A stretch of 63,423 nucleotides of DNA, the filler included, from Intoshia linei (taxonomy: Eukaryota; Animalia; Orthonectida): the NCBI GenBank assembly GCA_001642005.1. It is 7 parts of 7 records of this genome, joined end to end, with 100 filler letters (N's around TTAATTAATTAA, not from the genome) between each part and the next. Parts side by side here need not be neighbours in the genome. Positions count along the whole stretch, not along the records: positions 38,642 to 40,454 come from LWCA01002495.1; positions 40,555 to 51,454 come from LWCA01001215.1; positions 51,555 to 58,955 come from LWCA01001559.1; 4 more parts are not named here. One strand, 5' to 3'. Of the stretch, positions 38,750 to 52,639 are shown in pieces. The notes under the pieces are model-generated. The model had not been told where the DNA came from and ran no database searches. It worked only from the letters and a program-made list of their open reading frames with translations. A program made the position numbers and the translations under genes. The number at the start of each line of letters is the position of its first letter. The stretch's first letter is position 1.

Positions 38750-39180
38750 GTGTGTAGTAATCACTATAATTATCGTTGGGATATGATTTATTCTGATTTA
38801 CATGGTACGAAATATTTACTTGATCCCTTATTTTTCACGACAAGTCAGCACACTGATGTTAAAGCCATGGAGGGATTTTGGAATACTGTTAAAAAATTAT
38901 ACCCTAATGATGTGCAAGATATAATTGAAGAAATTTCCTATTATGGAGATAAAAAAGGCATGTTTGGTCGGCAATTTGTAATATCATCCATAGTGACTAT
39001 TCCTGCACATCAATGGTGGAAAAATTTTGGATTTCAAGTCCCAGCTCTTCAAAAAATGGCAATTCGAATATTAAGTCAGCAATCAAGTAGTGGGCTGCAG
39101 AAAGAAATTGCAGTTTGTCTGATTTCATCAAAAATAAAAAAAGAAATTAAATGAAACCAGAAACATTAAATAACTTAAAT
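38750..39180 (+). pseudogene. hAT transposase C-terminal remnant
   Basis: YLLDP...GMFG...PAHQWWKNFG..PALQKMAIRILSQ.SSS, then frameshifted ERNCS...KKRN. Confidence 0.8.
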
Positions 39181-39802
39181 TTCCATTTTCAGTTAAAACG
39201 TCAATTGAGATATGTGCTAATGTGGATTAATACTATTAGAATATAAACAATAAACAACCAATGAAATAAAATTTTTCAATCCACTAAATAAAGACTCCAA
39301 TATATCAAATAACCCGTACGATAAAAACAATTACAGTCAAGTTTCATTAGTAGACAATGAAAATAAAATAGTCTTTGTCTACTATTTTATTTTTGTTTAC
39401 TAACGAAACATTATACAAGTCAGTGATATATAAACATTAATTTTAATTTACAAAATAGTAATTATATGATGATTATAATAATTATTATCAAACATTAGCG
39501 ATCTTCAATTCGACGTCATATTATTTCCTAATATGTACCTGAAATTAATATAATTTTATTTTTACATTTCAAATGACTATTATCACAAAAATATTTCTAT
39601 ATTTCTAATCTGTTTTTCTACATTGCTTACATTTAAATTAAGATTTGTTTAGTATTAAAAGTGAGTATTACCAAACTTATAGTCTACCTTGTGAACTTTA
39701 AACCTTTAAAACCGTAAATAATCTAAAATGACGAAAAAATTTAATGAATCGAAATTACAAATAATTAGAAAAATATCTTATTTCAACAAAAAATCTATAT
39801 CA

Positions 39803-40454
39803 TCATTCAATATTATCAATTAATTTTTTTCTGATTCTTAATAATGTATCCATTTCAGATTTAGATATTATTGTAGGAACATTCTTGAGTTTCGATATAG
39901 TGTCATTTATGGAATCCAATGATTCTAGGATATGTGTCTCTTGATCAGATTCGATATCCGAAAAATCTTCACGTACGGTGTTGGTGTTGATATTAATAAA
40001 TTCGGGTAAATCATCTAATTCAACATTAATTTCTAGATTTTGTAAACTTTTTAACAAAGATAATTTGTTCGATTCGGTGATTTCATTATCACAACATTTA
40101 ATTCCTTGTATTTTTTTCCACGCCTGTGTAAACACGCTGTGGCGCACTTCGTTCCAGGATTTAAATGCATTTTCAATACACATCCTTTAACTATACTTTT
40201 TTATAACAGCGGTAACACACTAAGCCACAAGAGATTTAATGAAGTTTTGATTGTATCTACATTTAAATGCTCTAATTATACCTAAATTATACATTAATAA
40301 ATATAAATTTTTTAAATTTACCTTGATCTTGTGGCTTAATCAAAGATGTTGTATTTGGTGGAGTATACAACACCACTACGTTATCAGACATTAAAAATTG
40401 GATTGGCGGATGAGCAGGACATTGATCCATTATGAGAAGGATTTTACAATTATT
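39803..40454 (-). pseudogene. pogo/Tigger (CENP-B-like DDE) transposase remnant with a 40-nt intron
   Basis: ILLIMDQCPAHPP...VYTPPNTTSLIKPQDQ|GIIRAFKCRY. GT-AG intron 40282-40321. Two in-frame stops before MCIENAFKSWNEV...AWKK. Confidence 0.85.
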
Positions 40455-40554
40455 NNNNNNNNNNNNNNNNNNNNNNNNNNNNNNNNNNNNNNNNNNNNTT
40501 AATTAATTAANNNNNNNNNNNNNNNNNNNNNNNNNNNNNNNNNNNNNNNNNNNN

Positions 40555-41208
40555 GTATCTCGATATGGTCCACCATCGAGTCTGCATTTTGATTGTGGAC
40601 GGCAATTTAAAGCACAAATAATTCAGCAACTATGTAATATGTTTAATATTCAAAAAATACATTCACGGCCTTATAAGCATAATGAAAATGGCACTGTGGA
40701 GGGTTTCAATCGTACGATTCGGGAATGATTAAGAATACTAACGAAGGATAACAATTGGGATGATATGTTAATTTATGTTTTGATGAGTTTGCGTTCTACA
40801 GTATATGTTAAAAATGGAGTAACGCCATCAGATGTTGTTTTCGGTTCAAATATGTACGATAGTTCTTGTAAAAACCGAATTGAATTGTTAAAATATATTA
40901 AAACCACACGTGATAAATAGGTGGTGCGTATGAAGCTAAATTATGATAAATTGAGACAGAAAGGTTTTTCATTTCATCATAAAAATTATAGTGCTATTAT
41001 TCCTCGAGCAAATAAACAAGATAAACTTTATACAAAATCAAAACGGACCAAAAAATTTCCTGAAAAATTTAAAGACTTCATTAATTTAAAGGCGGAGGTG
41101 TAATGAAGTACTCTTCATTGTTATAGATATATTTATTATCTTTATACTTAAAATTATTTTATTATTAAATCTCAAAACATTAATACCTTTTGACATCAAA
41201 TCATTACA
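40555..41208 (+). mobile_element. Ty3/gypsy 3' end: integrase remnant, polypurine tract and 110-bp LTR (41099-41208)
   Basis: SRYGPPSSLHFDCGRQF...HSRPYKHNENGTVEGFNRTI..WDDML...GVTPSDVVFG; AAAGGCGGAGG PPT; LTR TGTAATGA...TCATTACA. Confidence 0.85.
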
Positions 41209-41632
41209 GATTGTAATATAAAAATGTGTCCATACTTTTGGCCTTTTTTTGTGAATGTTATTTTTCTTTTTACCATTTTATGTTAAATTTGTAACAATTA
41301 TCAAGGAAGGGAATTTGGGGTTTTGGCCATGAAGATATAATTTTTTTAAATTTAAATTTATGATAATGTTTATGATTTTAAAATCCTCATCAGTGTATAT
41401 ATTTTTTTAAATTCTAACTCATTTGATTTTCAAAAAGAGGGACAATAAGGGATTTTGACCCTTAAGATGTGAAATTGGGAGGTTGAAATATATCTTAATA
41501 TACGTCCCAAAAAAATTGTAATTGAAATGTGGTCTTTACAAAATTCTAAGACAGGTAGTTATTTAAATAAAGCTGAATACACAGACACACACACACAAAC
41601 AAAAATCGCATCGCATTTTATATAAGTTAGGA
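41209..41632 (-). mobile_element. Helitron 5' portion interrupted by the gypsy insertion
   Basis: Reverse complement of 12764-12950 and of ~13340-13437. Confidence 0.8.
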
Positions 41633-42261
41633 TACAAGAATCGATTGATAATGTAGCGTACGACTAAGATTTTTTATAATAGTCCACGAAAGCTAATAGC
41701 TAAAGGGTTAATGTACTGAAAAAGGTTGAGAACCACTGCTCTAAAGAATGGACGTTCACAAATTCCCTCATTACTTGACAATAATTAAAAAAATTACATG
41801 TTCTGCAACGACAAAAAAACAATTTTAAAATCACAATGCTTTCATGGACTCTTGGGCCCACATGGCTTACTTTAAGAGTAAAAACCATTCATGAAAATAA
41901 TGACACCAAATGAATTACTCAATCTAGGTTTCATCTGAATGCATATTATTCATGCGTGATGATGACATTAACATATTTTTAACATTTAAAGCTTACATTG
42001 ATTTGTCGAAAATTTGGTGATTAATTTGACAAAATGTTTTGATATTTCTTGTATAAATCCAATTAATTCTATAAATTAATTAATACGATTTTACTAATAT
42101 TTACAATATTCTAAATTTTATAAGGTTATGCTATATTTTATAATCATTTATTTTGAATTTTCTATAAAAATATAATTTTATCGGCCCAAAATTTAGTCAA
42201 TTATTATATACATTTATTTAGTATTGTAATAGTCAACCCGATAATTATAATTGTATATTAC

Positions 42262-45200
42262 CGTTTTTTGCTTCCTCTTCTATATCATACATTAATGATA
42301 TACAAAAACATTTAATTTTGATGAATTCAACGATATTTCCTGCTAATGAGATTTCTATAAATTTAATAAGTATTATTATAATCGTGTTATAATTTTGGGA
42401 TTCTATACCTGGGCCATTATTTTGAGAATATAATTAATTTTGTATTAATATTATAATTCCTTAGACACAGACACATTTTATTTCACCCAATTTTTAAAGA
42501 TTTTGAAGACCCTCAAAATGTTAAAAATGTTAAACCCTACAAAATTTTCGATTTAAAATTATCTTCAAAATGGGTAAAAAAAAACTTCCCTTAAAAACCC
42601 TATCAAATTGTGAAGCCAAAACTATCTTCAAAATCTTTTAAAATGGTGTCAAAACATTTTTTTTAAAAAAATCCACAAAAATTTGGTCAAAAAATCAATA
42701 ATATCAAAGTTAAAAACCATATTTTCTAAATTCATTATAATGAATTTGAACAATTTGAATAAACTAATGAAGTTCCATAATCTTTACAATGTCGTAGTCA
42801 CAATTTTACAAAAATCATTCATTCGTTAAATCATTTGTTATTTAGAATGTTGATTATTGACGAGTCTGACTGTATATATAAAAAAATCTATTCTTGAATA
42901 TCATAACTACTTTGAGTATTAAATTTAAAATTTCCAGCTAATAGCTTTGGGTGGGTAACTATTTTTCATTTTCGGTAGCCTCGAATTTGGTAGGTTCGGC
43001 TCTACATATACATAGCATTACTTGTACATTACATTAAATATACACGCATGAATTACATCCATGTATATCAGGGTTCGGAAACCTTTTGAATCTCGTGGGC
43101 CACTTTTTTATATAAAAAAATTGTATGCTTTTGAAAATTTACACATGATGCATTTCAATTTTAACTGAAAAAAAACGTTTCTATTATATTAAACAAAATA
43201 AAATCCAGGACGATCTCAAAATTCAGAACTATAATGAGTATAATGAGCCAGTTATAGTAGAAAACGTTTAAAATGGTGTTTGAAAATTGAAAAATTTAAA
43301 AATAAATAATTTACATATTTACTCAAAGGGCCACCAAAATAATTTTGTGGGCCACTGGTTGCCGACACTAATTTATATGAAATCAAACTAGAATTTGTAC
43401 AAAATTACTAAATAAAATAATTTTTAAATTAAGGGCGATTGTTTAAATAAGGTTGAGAATTTTTGATGTAAATAAACCTCTTTTTTCGGAATTACAAATT
43501 GAAACGTAATTCAATTGTTTTTCTATCGTTTTAAAGTACATTCGAATAGCTAAATTGATAAATATAAAAAATTAAAAGTCAAATTTATAAGAAAGGTAAG
43601 AACGCCCATTTTAGGGAAATCTGTTAATTAAGTATTGTGTATATGTATATATGTGTTTTTATCAAAACTAAAATAATCATATCTAACTTTAAAGGAATAT
43701 ATACGATGTAATGGTAAATAAATATTAGATTGGTTAATTAAATCATAACAAAATGTAATTTTTTAACATGTTAAACCTTCTGAATATAAAATATTTTTTA
43801 GTAATGGAATGTATTGACTTGGTAAAGTACACTACAATACAATGAAGTAAAATACAAAATATGTTTTTTTCTGATGACGGCACGCCACGCTGATGATGGC
43901 AGAATAATATAACTAACCATACAAAACTTGCTCGATTTTACTATACAATTGAAGAGGTTGTTCAATATCGCGTTTCAGTGAATTCAGCAATTCTTTGTTG
44001 AATTTCCCAATTAGCAGGAAATTATCATCATGAATTTCAGAGAATGGAGGAGGGTCAAAACGTTCGTTGTGTTGTTCAATTTCTGGTTCCTTTTGTATTA
44101 TTAATTCTGGGTTTTTTTCCTCTACATCACATATACTTTTTTCATTTTCCTATATTAACAATAATTCTGTAATCAATAAAGAAAATTATCAAGTAATAAT
44201 AAAGTAAAATTTGTTATAAATGTGTGTCTGTCTCTCTGCTTTTGTAGTATTCCCTAATTCAGAGCCGAACCTACCAAACTCGAGGCCTCCGAAAATAAAA
44301 ATAGGCGTATTAAAAAATATTTCTGAAACAATACCTAGTGCAAAATAATCTCTAGCCACCTCTCCAAGACTCTTGGCTTGACCTTTAAACTTAATAGACA
44401 AAACAGTTATAATATTTAAAAATATAATGTTTTAATTTTAAATTTTAACTCCTCTTCGGGCCTCGGGTATGCTAAGTTTGGTTCTGCTTTTAGTTGGAAA
44501 CTTTTAAAGTAAACCGAAACGATTCCTTTAAATTAAAACTAATAGTTGTGAATGAACAGGAAAATGAGGATAAAAACATCATATATAGTTATATTTGAAA
44601 ATTATTAAAAAATATTTATTTATGAAAATTTACACATCAAGGCTAAAATGTAGCCTAATCGACTAATAAAAAGTCTAAACAGTTACACAAAACAAAATGA
44701 AGACGGAATAATAAAATATTTACAAAAAAATTATAAAATAACTACTAAGTAGTATTTATTTTTTAATTAAATTCCGATATTCGGCCGATATTTTAAATCT
44801 CGATTTTTGGCTAATAACGGAGGTTATACTATATTACCAAATGATGAATAAATTCATGTCTTAATTTCAAATTATTCTTGGTTTCTTCTTTTAATGATAA
44901 TCGTTGATTCTCAGCATTGGATAATTCAATTAGTGTTTTATTCTAAATGTAATAATGTTTATATTAAGATAATATTCAAAAGTAAAAGTAATTTGTTAAA
45001 ATTTTTCGACAAGTTTCGGTATTTTTGTAACCTTTTTCGTGATTTTCAATACTAAGATTAAATACAAACACCACTAATTTGGGTGGAATTTGCAAACTTG
45101 GAAAGCGGCTGAAAATTCATAACAATAAAGACGAAACCGATAATTTTTCGATATACATGTATAATACGGAAAATATGTACCATTGTAATTTTTTCTTTAG

Positions 45201-48048
45201 TCAATAACTCATTTGCCATTTTATATTGTGATGATAAAGCCACATTCTAAAACAATTATTTAAAGTTTAAAATATTTTTAAAATATAATAATCAACCCAC
45301 CTCATTTATTCACCATTATACTTAAAAAACGTAAAATTATTAAATGTTGAGCACTGTTTTAAACACTTATAAAATTATTGAAGAATTGCTCATCAATGAC
45401 GATAATCATCAAATAATAATTATTATAATTAGTAATACATAATATATAACCTTTTCATTGAGTTTAGTATTTTTTTCCTAAAAATATAAATTTTAGTAAT
45501 AATAATAGTAAAATAAGCTATAAAAATTAAAATAAAAATGAATCAAATGTAAAAGAAACCTTCAATTCTTTAATAATTTCATTTAAATCATCAATATTTT
45601 CATTTCGTGTCGTATCTATTTAAATATAAAAATATGATTATATTTATGAAACTTTAATGGTTTACTTTTATTTTTTATGGATTTTAACAGTGATATCTAA
45701 ATTATATCGTCAATATACTATTAATTAGTATAAATCTATAATGTAATAATTTAAACCTGTTTTTCTAGGTATGCATTCTTTTCCTTCAATTTTTTTACTT
45801 GAGCAATTTTTGCTACTAAAGAATCTTCGACACTGGAAAAATTATCTTGAATGTCGTCGTCTTCATTAGACTTAGTTTTGTGTTTAGTTTTTGGTGATCT
45901 TATGATTCGAGACTAGGAATTTTAAGATTTGATAATTTTTATATGATTCTTAAGGGTTTAAATGATATTTTTTATTAAATTTTATTAATGTTGGGATAAA
46001 AGTGGGACTTTTAAAATAATAATGTACCGGTTGTATAGGCTTTGGGATAAATTCTTTACATTTTATTTAAATCTCATGGACCACAGGAATATAGTTTTAG
46101 ACCCTAAGGGGTCCAGGGACCCCCAACCGGCAACCACTGATCTATACATATATTTCCCGTTTTTCTTTCATAACCCTTCATAATCTAATAAAAGTTAAAC
46201 TAAAAATTCTTTTTAAAATTAAAATATAATATAATTTGTACAATGTATATTGAAATTAAATTGTCATATGAAATAAACCCTATAAAACTAATTATCGATT
46301 CCCAAGTGGAGATCCCAACATGGTTGTTGCCTTTTTTACATTATTTCATTGAAAATTGAATATATTAAATCGAAATTCGTATATAATTACTTGTCTTTGT
46401 GTTAAAATTTTCTTTTTTCTAATATTTTAAATTATAATATTATACATTATCATTATAATAATTATTGTAAATCGTGTTGGTCATGATTGTGTTTATTGAT
46501 ACATACACAATGTATATGTATTTTAATTATCTGAAGTATGCCCATATAGAGTTAGATAAGAAAATATTGGCACTATCGATTTTACGGGTAATTACGGGTA
46601 TTTATCAACAAAAATATAATTTTTTATAGATATAACTTAGAATGCTATACTCCCTCGCAGCAATTTTGCAATTATTAGAAACTAGTCTCCGTGATACTCT
46701 AAATTTCTGAATTTTTTAGGTATTAATCAGCGAAGCAAGATCCATCGTAGGTTAAAAAAAAATAAAAAATGGGCCAAATTAATTCGTAGAAATTTACCTT
46801 TTTCATATATATGTAGATATATTATATACATCTATCAAATTTCCATTATTCATCATAACCTCGTACAATTTTGAATTAAATGATTTATGTAGTCTTATAA
46901 TCATATCTTTATCTTTTAAAATTTATCCTGGACAATATGAGATATTTTCTGCCATACATGCATTTTCGAATTAAATTTTGAACCATCATATAGCTGATTT
47001 TTCATAATTGATCATAGATTTTCTATTGGGGATATATCATAGAGAATAAGGAGGCCAACCTAATATTTTTATTATTCAGCAGCAAACCTTTCCCTTGTTT
47101 TTTTGATCACATGTTCCTCTGATTCAATTTCCTAATCATAACTTTCCCGCGAGATGTGGAACAACCCCAAATCATTATGGATCCACCTTCAAATGTTCTT
47201 TTTCGGAGTTATAGTGGTTTCCACCACATGAGATTATCACTTCCATCTAAAGAAAATCTACATTCATCCAAAAATGCGATTTTATCGATATTTTCAACCC
47301 AATTAAAAAAAAGTTTACATCAATGTATAACTTTTTTATTAATAACAATTTTTCCTACAATTACAATTACTGTCCTACAATTATTGGACAATAGAAATAC
47401 ATTATTTAAATTTCCATATTTCATGTTTTATACATTTATTTATTTTACAGAAAATAATTTCAGTCATGTTAATTATATTTTTTTTGAAATATGGATGTGT
47501 GATTGAAAAACAAATTACACACGTTTATGAGCGAACATTAATTTTAGCGACATACATTGGAGAGATGTATTGTTACAGCGACATAATCATTGATTTTGCT
47601 AATTAATCACATTATTGATTTTCTACGCAATTTTTAGAGGTTTTGAATTTATATTTGGTCCTAAAATCTAGAAGAGTTTTTTTGGAAACATATTTTTTCT
47701 AACATTTGATGAATTTTTTGACGATTATTTTTAGAAAAAAATTTAACGTCTTTAATTGAATATCTTAACATTTTAAAGTATTATATGGTATATGACCACT
47801 GACCATGCCCATACCTCAGATACTGATTTTTATTAATTTAAATTACACTGGCCTTTTCTCTACTCGAGGTTCAATGAGTTTATCGCCGACTTCATTTCCT
47901 TTATTTTTCGCATCCTGTTTCTTAAAATTTACATTAGTAGACTGCGTATATTACTATTTTTGAAGATTTTTAAAATATAAAAATATACATTAATGTTTTC
48001 ATCAATAGAATCAATCATCAAATTGTGAACATTTGCGGTATCTTCAAT
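42262..48048 (-). CDS. Multi-exon coiled-coil protein, possibly a divergent RPGRIP1/RPGRIP1L-like protein; both ends uncertain
   Basis: Phase-consistent exons (approximate) 45757-45912, 45666-45696, 45560-45615, 45451-45477, 45181-45246, 44838-44942, 43918-44149 and 42262-42408 read ...AKIAQVKKLKEKNAYLEKQISLLK...LYSKIEQVLYG...CFCISLMYDIEE. Further candidate exons lie near 46391-46418, 46651-46706, 47849-47920 and 47989-48048. Confidence 0.55.
43069..43370. mobile_element. hAT/Buster MITE
   Basis: CAGGGTTCGGAAACC...GGTTGCCGACACTA; TSD ATGTATAT/ATTTATAT. Confidence 0.7.
46800..47420 (-). pseudogene. Tc1/Tc3-like transposase remnant
   Basis: IAFLDECRFSLDGSD...EGGSIMIWGC and WPPYS.DISPIENL*SIMKNQLY, with stops and frameshifts. 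Confidence 0.85.
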
Positions 48049-51000
48049 CTAATTTCAACGACATATTATTACGCACATTAAGAGGTAACCTACCATGCTC
48101 GAGGCCGTTTTTTACTACCCTCCGTTTATCATATATGTTGCATAGAATGTGTACACTGTGAAATCTACACATTCCACGGGCAAGTCGTAGAATGTATAAA
48201 ATTTTCATTTATATTTTAATTTTAGGTTTTAGAAATTTTTTTTAACCAAACTTTAAAGTGCGTTTCTTAAAAATTATTTTTTAAAGTAAGGATAACCATA
48301 TAAATATTAAATTTTAATACGGCATTAATTTTACATAACAAACATTATAAAATAAATGGTTTTGTTAACTATACATAAATTTTGTTGTTTAAAAAAATTG
48401 AATTATTAATTTCTGATTAATATAAATTATATTAATTAAAATGGAAAAATAAGTAGATTCAGTTCTGCCTTAATGAAATTATTGTAAATGAGCATTTAAA
48501 AAAATTTGTGTGTCAAATTTAAACTGTAAGTCCTAACCCATGCAGAGGTGGTTAGGATATATGGCATTATTAATTATTTTCGAAAATATTTTTAGGAGCC
48601 TATTTTGGCGGTCAGTATGGCAGGTTTGACTTTCATTTACAATGTAAATTAATTTAATTTAAATGTACGTTTAATTCTGCGATATTGATGAATTTATTAA
48701 TGTAATCAATTTTTGATATTTTGTCGTATAAGATTTTTAGTCTAAAATCATAATAATTAATAATTATTATTTAGTTACAATTATTATAATTTGGACAAAA
48801 TGAATCCATTAATCCAATGCATGAGACATTATCAAATTTTAAACTTTTTCAAACTCATTTTTTTATGATTTTTTTTAATATGACCAGTGGTTATTAACCT
48901 TTTGTTGTTAACCACTCAAGTTGACAAGGAATATATTGTAAGTTTTAAAAAAGGCTAAGTACCTTTCCTTTAATAGTTTTGAGTTTTTTCTGTATGTTTC
49001 TAATTCTTCGTAGTTTGCATCTATTGATAGATAATTATAATTTAAAATTTTTACTACACTATTACACTAGCAAACAATCTTTTTTGACCTTGAAGGACTC
49101 ATTTTCTGAAAATTACATATACGATAAAACATCACTCTCGAAAACTCCAATAGGAATCTATCATTTTTAAAACTCGACTCCTCTTATTTTCTTAAATAAA
49201 CTGGAATAGACAAATAAATAAACAGACATACATTTATTACTTCTGTATACTAACAATTTAAATTAATAATAACATAATAATGTAACTTGTAAATTACTTC
49301 ATATAAGTAAGGAATACATAATACATAATAAGATTATGTAATTTGAAAGTTTGTTGATAATTAACAGAATTTCATCAAGTTTATCATAAATCATGGTACT
49401 CTAAATCTCAAGCTTATAATGCTTTATTGTATGTTCTTTAATGTGAAATATTAAAGACATTATAATTAAATTATTTGTTGTTTCATAAATTTTTAGCAAA
49501 ATATTGAGACTTTGAAGGAGCACACGTTGAAAATTAGCTTTATAATTACATATATACATATGTATTATATATTTTTTAAATCTAAATAATTTAAATTTAA
49601 TTAACATTTTGAACCTATTGTTGATATTCTACAATTTATTTTTTTGGTTTGCTAGTGTTATATTATTAATTAATATTATTACATTTATGAATAATATGTA
49701 ATGCTAGTGTGGTGATTCTTTGCATATTTTTTACTTCTGGCACAATAAACACAATTGGAAATAGAATGCATCCATATTCTTCATCATAATTTGTTATAGT
49801 CGATGCCTTTATAAGCACTACATAATTATAATCATATACTCAATTATGATGTAAATTAGGGTTGAAATTATTTTATAACAAGGGATTGGAATTAATGAAT
49901 TGCAACTTTTGCACTTTTTATTAGATTCTAATAAATCTATTAATTAACCGGGGCCTAGAACCTTTTGTCTTGAACAACCTCACATCTAATTATATATTTT
50001 ACAGTCGGTTTGGAATTTCGGTCATTTTGCAATTTCAGGCAAAGTGAAGAATTTTTTTAATTTTAAATGTTTTCAATATCCATCATTTCAAAGTTCACAT
50101 TTGCAAACTCTTATTGAAAAAATCCAATTTCACCAACCCCTAAAAAAATCCTATTTTACCAACTCAAGGACAAAATCCACTTTCACCAAATAGGATTTTT
50201 TCGTTAAAATAAGATAAAAAATATCAAAACAATATACAGAGCAGTATAAATTTATAACCGGTAAACGTGGCAATATTAATACTAATAATTAGTAGTTATA
50301 TACTAATAGTTAATACTAATAATTGCAAATTTTGCTAACGGGTCACAAAAATTATTAAAATGTCAATTACAGTCCATGGGTACAGGTTTCCGACCTCTAT
50401 AAAATAAATGAATAGATTTTAAAAATAAAATTAATAAATTACATAAATTAATGATGATTATTGCTAAATCCAAAATTCTGCTTCCAATGTCAACAAATTG
50501 AAGACTAAATTGAATAATTTTAGAAAATTTTTAATTTTATTGCTAGATTAAATGTACATTAAGTAAGATTAAGTGTATATTGAATCAATCCTTGCCAAAT
50601 TTTTTTGATGTGATAAGTGTCCACTTAAACCAAAACTATAAGCTTTAATACATAAAGGTTTGTTACATGAAAATAATCTATTATTTTAATTTATGACAAA
50701 AATTGTTCGACTAAAATATTTACACTCAAGAATTTTTGCATTGCTCAAGAAGTCTATGTCAGTAATCAAAATTACCTTGTTCAATGTTTAAAACGATTTA
50801 TGTATTTAGTTTTGAAGACTAACTGAGGCAGTCCCAACCAACTGAAACCTGATTGGAATGTTATTTTAACCGTTATCCCACCAATGTTCCCAAAATGGAA
50901 CTTGTTTTTCAGTATTGTTTATACTATATTGTTAATTGTTTACTACATACATATATTATTATAACAATTATCTATCATCCCTGATAAAAAATAATGTTTT

Positions 51001-52288
51001 ATATCAATTAGTCCATGTTATGACAATCATAAATATTAATAAATTTTTTGTCCCATTTTCAATTTGAAATTTTAATTTAAATTATAATAAGTTTTTTTTA
51101 TAATTAAAAAATTAACTCGGTATAAATTATTTTTCCTCAAATTTAAATAATTGTACTGTAATTATAAAATAGTACAAATTATTATAATTATATTAGGTGA
51201 TTCACAAAGTTGTCATTTTTATTGATACAATTGATTAGAAACGCTTTATCACCGATAAGATTTCACATATTTCGAAATATAGAATATTTTTTAACAATCA
51301 TGTGTACGACCACATCAGATGAGAACGTAATTTATATAAATCTACATTTATTCAATGGCCATTTAGACGAATTATTTTAATGATTTTGAAGGACATTTAT
51401 GTCATATTTTACTGTATAAGTACTTTAAGGACCTTAGTGCAGTGGTAGCTACCANNNNNNNNNNNNNNNNNNNNNNNNNNNNNNNNNNNNNNNNNNNNTT
51501 AATTAATTAANNNNNNNNNNNNNNNNNNNNNNNNNNNNNNNNNNNNNNNNNNNNATGTTCCTTTGATGTATTGTATACATATATCCAAAGTGGTACAGCT
51601 TAGCCTTTAACAAAAACAAAAAATAAAATCTAAAAAAATTAAGCTAGAAAAAAATTTTAAAAAATAAACAGTATAACAATTTACTGTATATTATTGAATG
51701 GTTATTAATTTTTAAGATTATCTCATTAAGTTAGTACAATAATGTGATTTTTAATGCAGTAAGGAAGCAAAGTTAAGTAATAATAACTGGAAAGTATGCT
51801 TTAAAATCCTTATATAAATATGAAACGTATCCAGAATTACAAGTAATCGTTTTACTTTCAATTGGAGTTAATCGAGATTGAAAATTAGTAATTAAACCTT
51901 GTATCACTTTTTCTGTTTTTGCATAATTTAATATTATTTAATAGCATATGCATTGAGATAAAATTTAAAAAAAAAATTACTTCCATTCGTAATTTAATAA
52001 TAATATGTATGAGGTTAATTATTTCATTTTATTATATCTAAATGCAGTTAATATTCCCTTGCCGTTCAACGATTATATCCTTTTAAACAAATTAATTCAA
52101 TAATTATTTTACATTTTATTTTATACTGTAGCCATCCAAACATAGTCTGTGACTGACGACATCTGGAAAATGTTGTGGTTTTGAGAAAGTTTGAAGCAGA
52201 AATAAAATAGTACACGAGAATAAATGTAAACCGAGATTGAAAACTAGATATTGTATTATTAACTCACTTTGCAATTTGCAATACAGCT

Positions 52289-52456
52289 TGTAGTGATATA
52301 TCGCTATCATGCTAATCGAGATTCGAATATATACTTTTGATGTCTAACTGGTTATATTCATATAATTGTATTCTGCGTGACTAGGTTCGGATCCCGATTT
52401 GGACATCTTTTCATTTAAGATGAACTTATTTGAGTTTGTCTCTGCCAATCGTTACA
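52289..52456 (+). mobile_element. Solo LTR containing a tRNA-like Pol III cassette (copy 2)
   Basis: TGTAGTG...CGTTACA with 5-bp TSD CAGCT. B-box GGTTCGGATCCC, stem GATGTCTAA/TTGGACATC, T-run; A-box partly deleted. Confidence 0.8.
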
Positions 52457-52639
52457 CAGCTTGAGAATAGTTATTTAATCTCAGTAAATTTACATTGTAT
52501 TCAAAAATAAACAAGACACGTGTCTTATATAATAAATTTCAATGATAATTGCAAAATAAAAATTATTAGATACTGTTTAATAAACAAACATTAAAATAAA
52601 ACAGCTATTCACAAATTAACAAGGAAATGTAAATTTTCA

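Noticed and set aside
47156-47506. 116-aa plus-strand ORF
   Set aside because: Antisense to the Tc1 transposase remnant.
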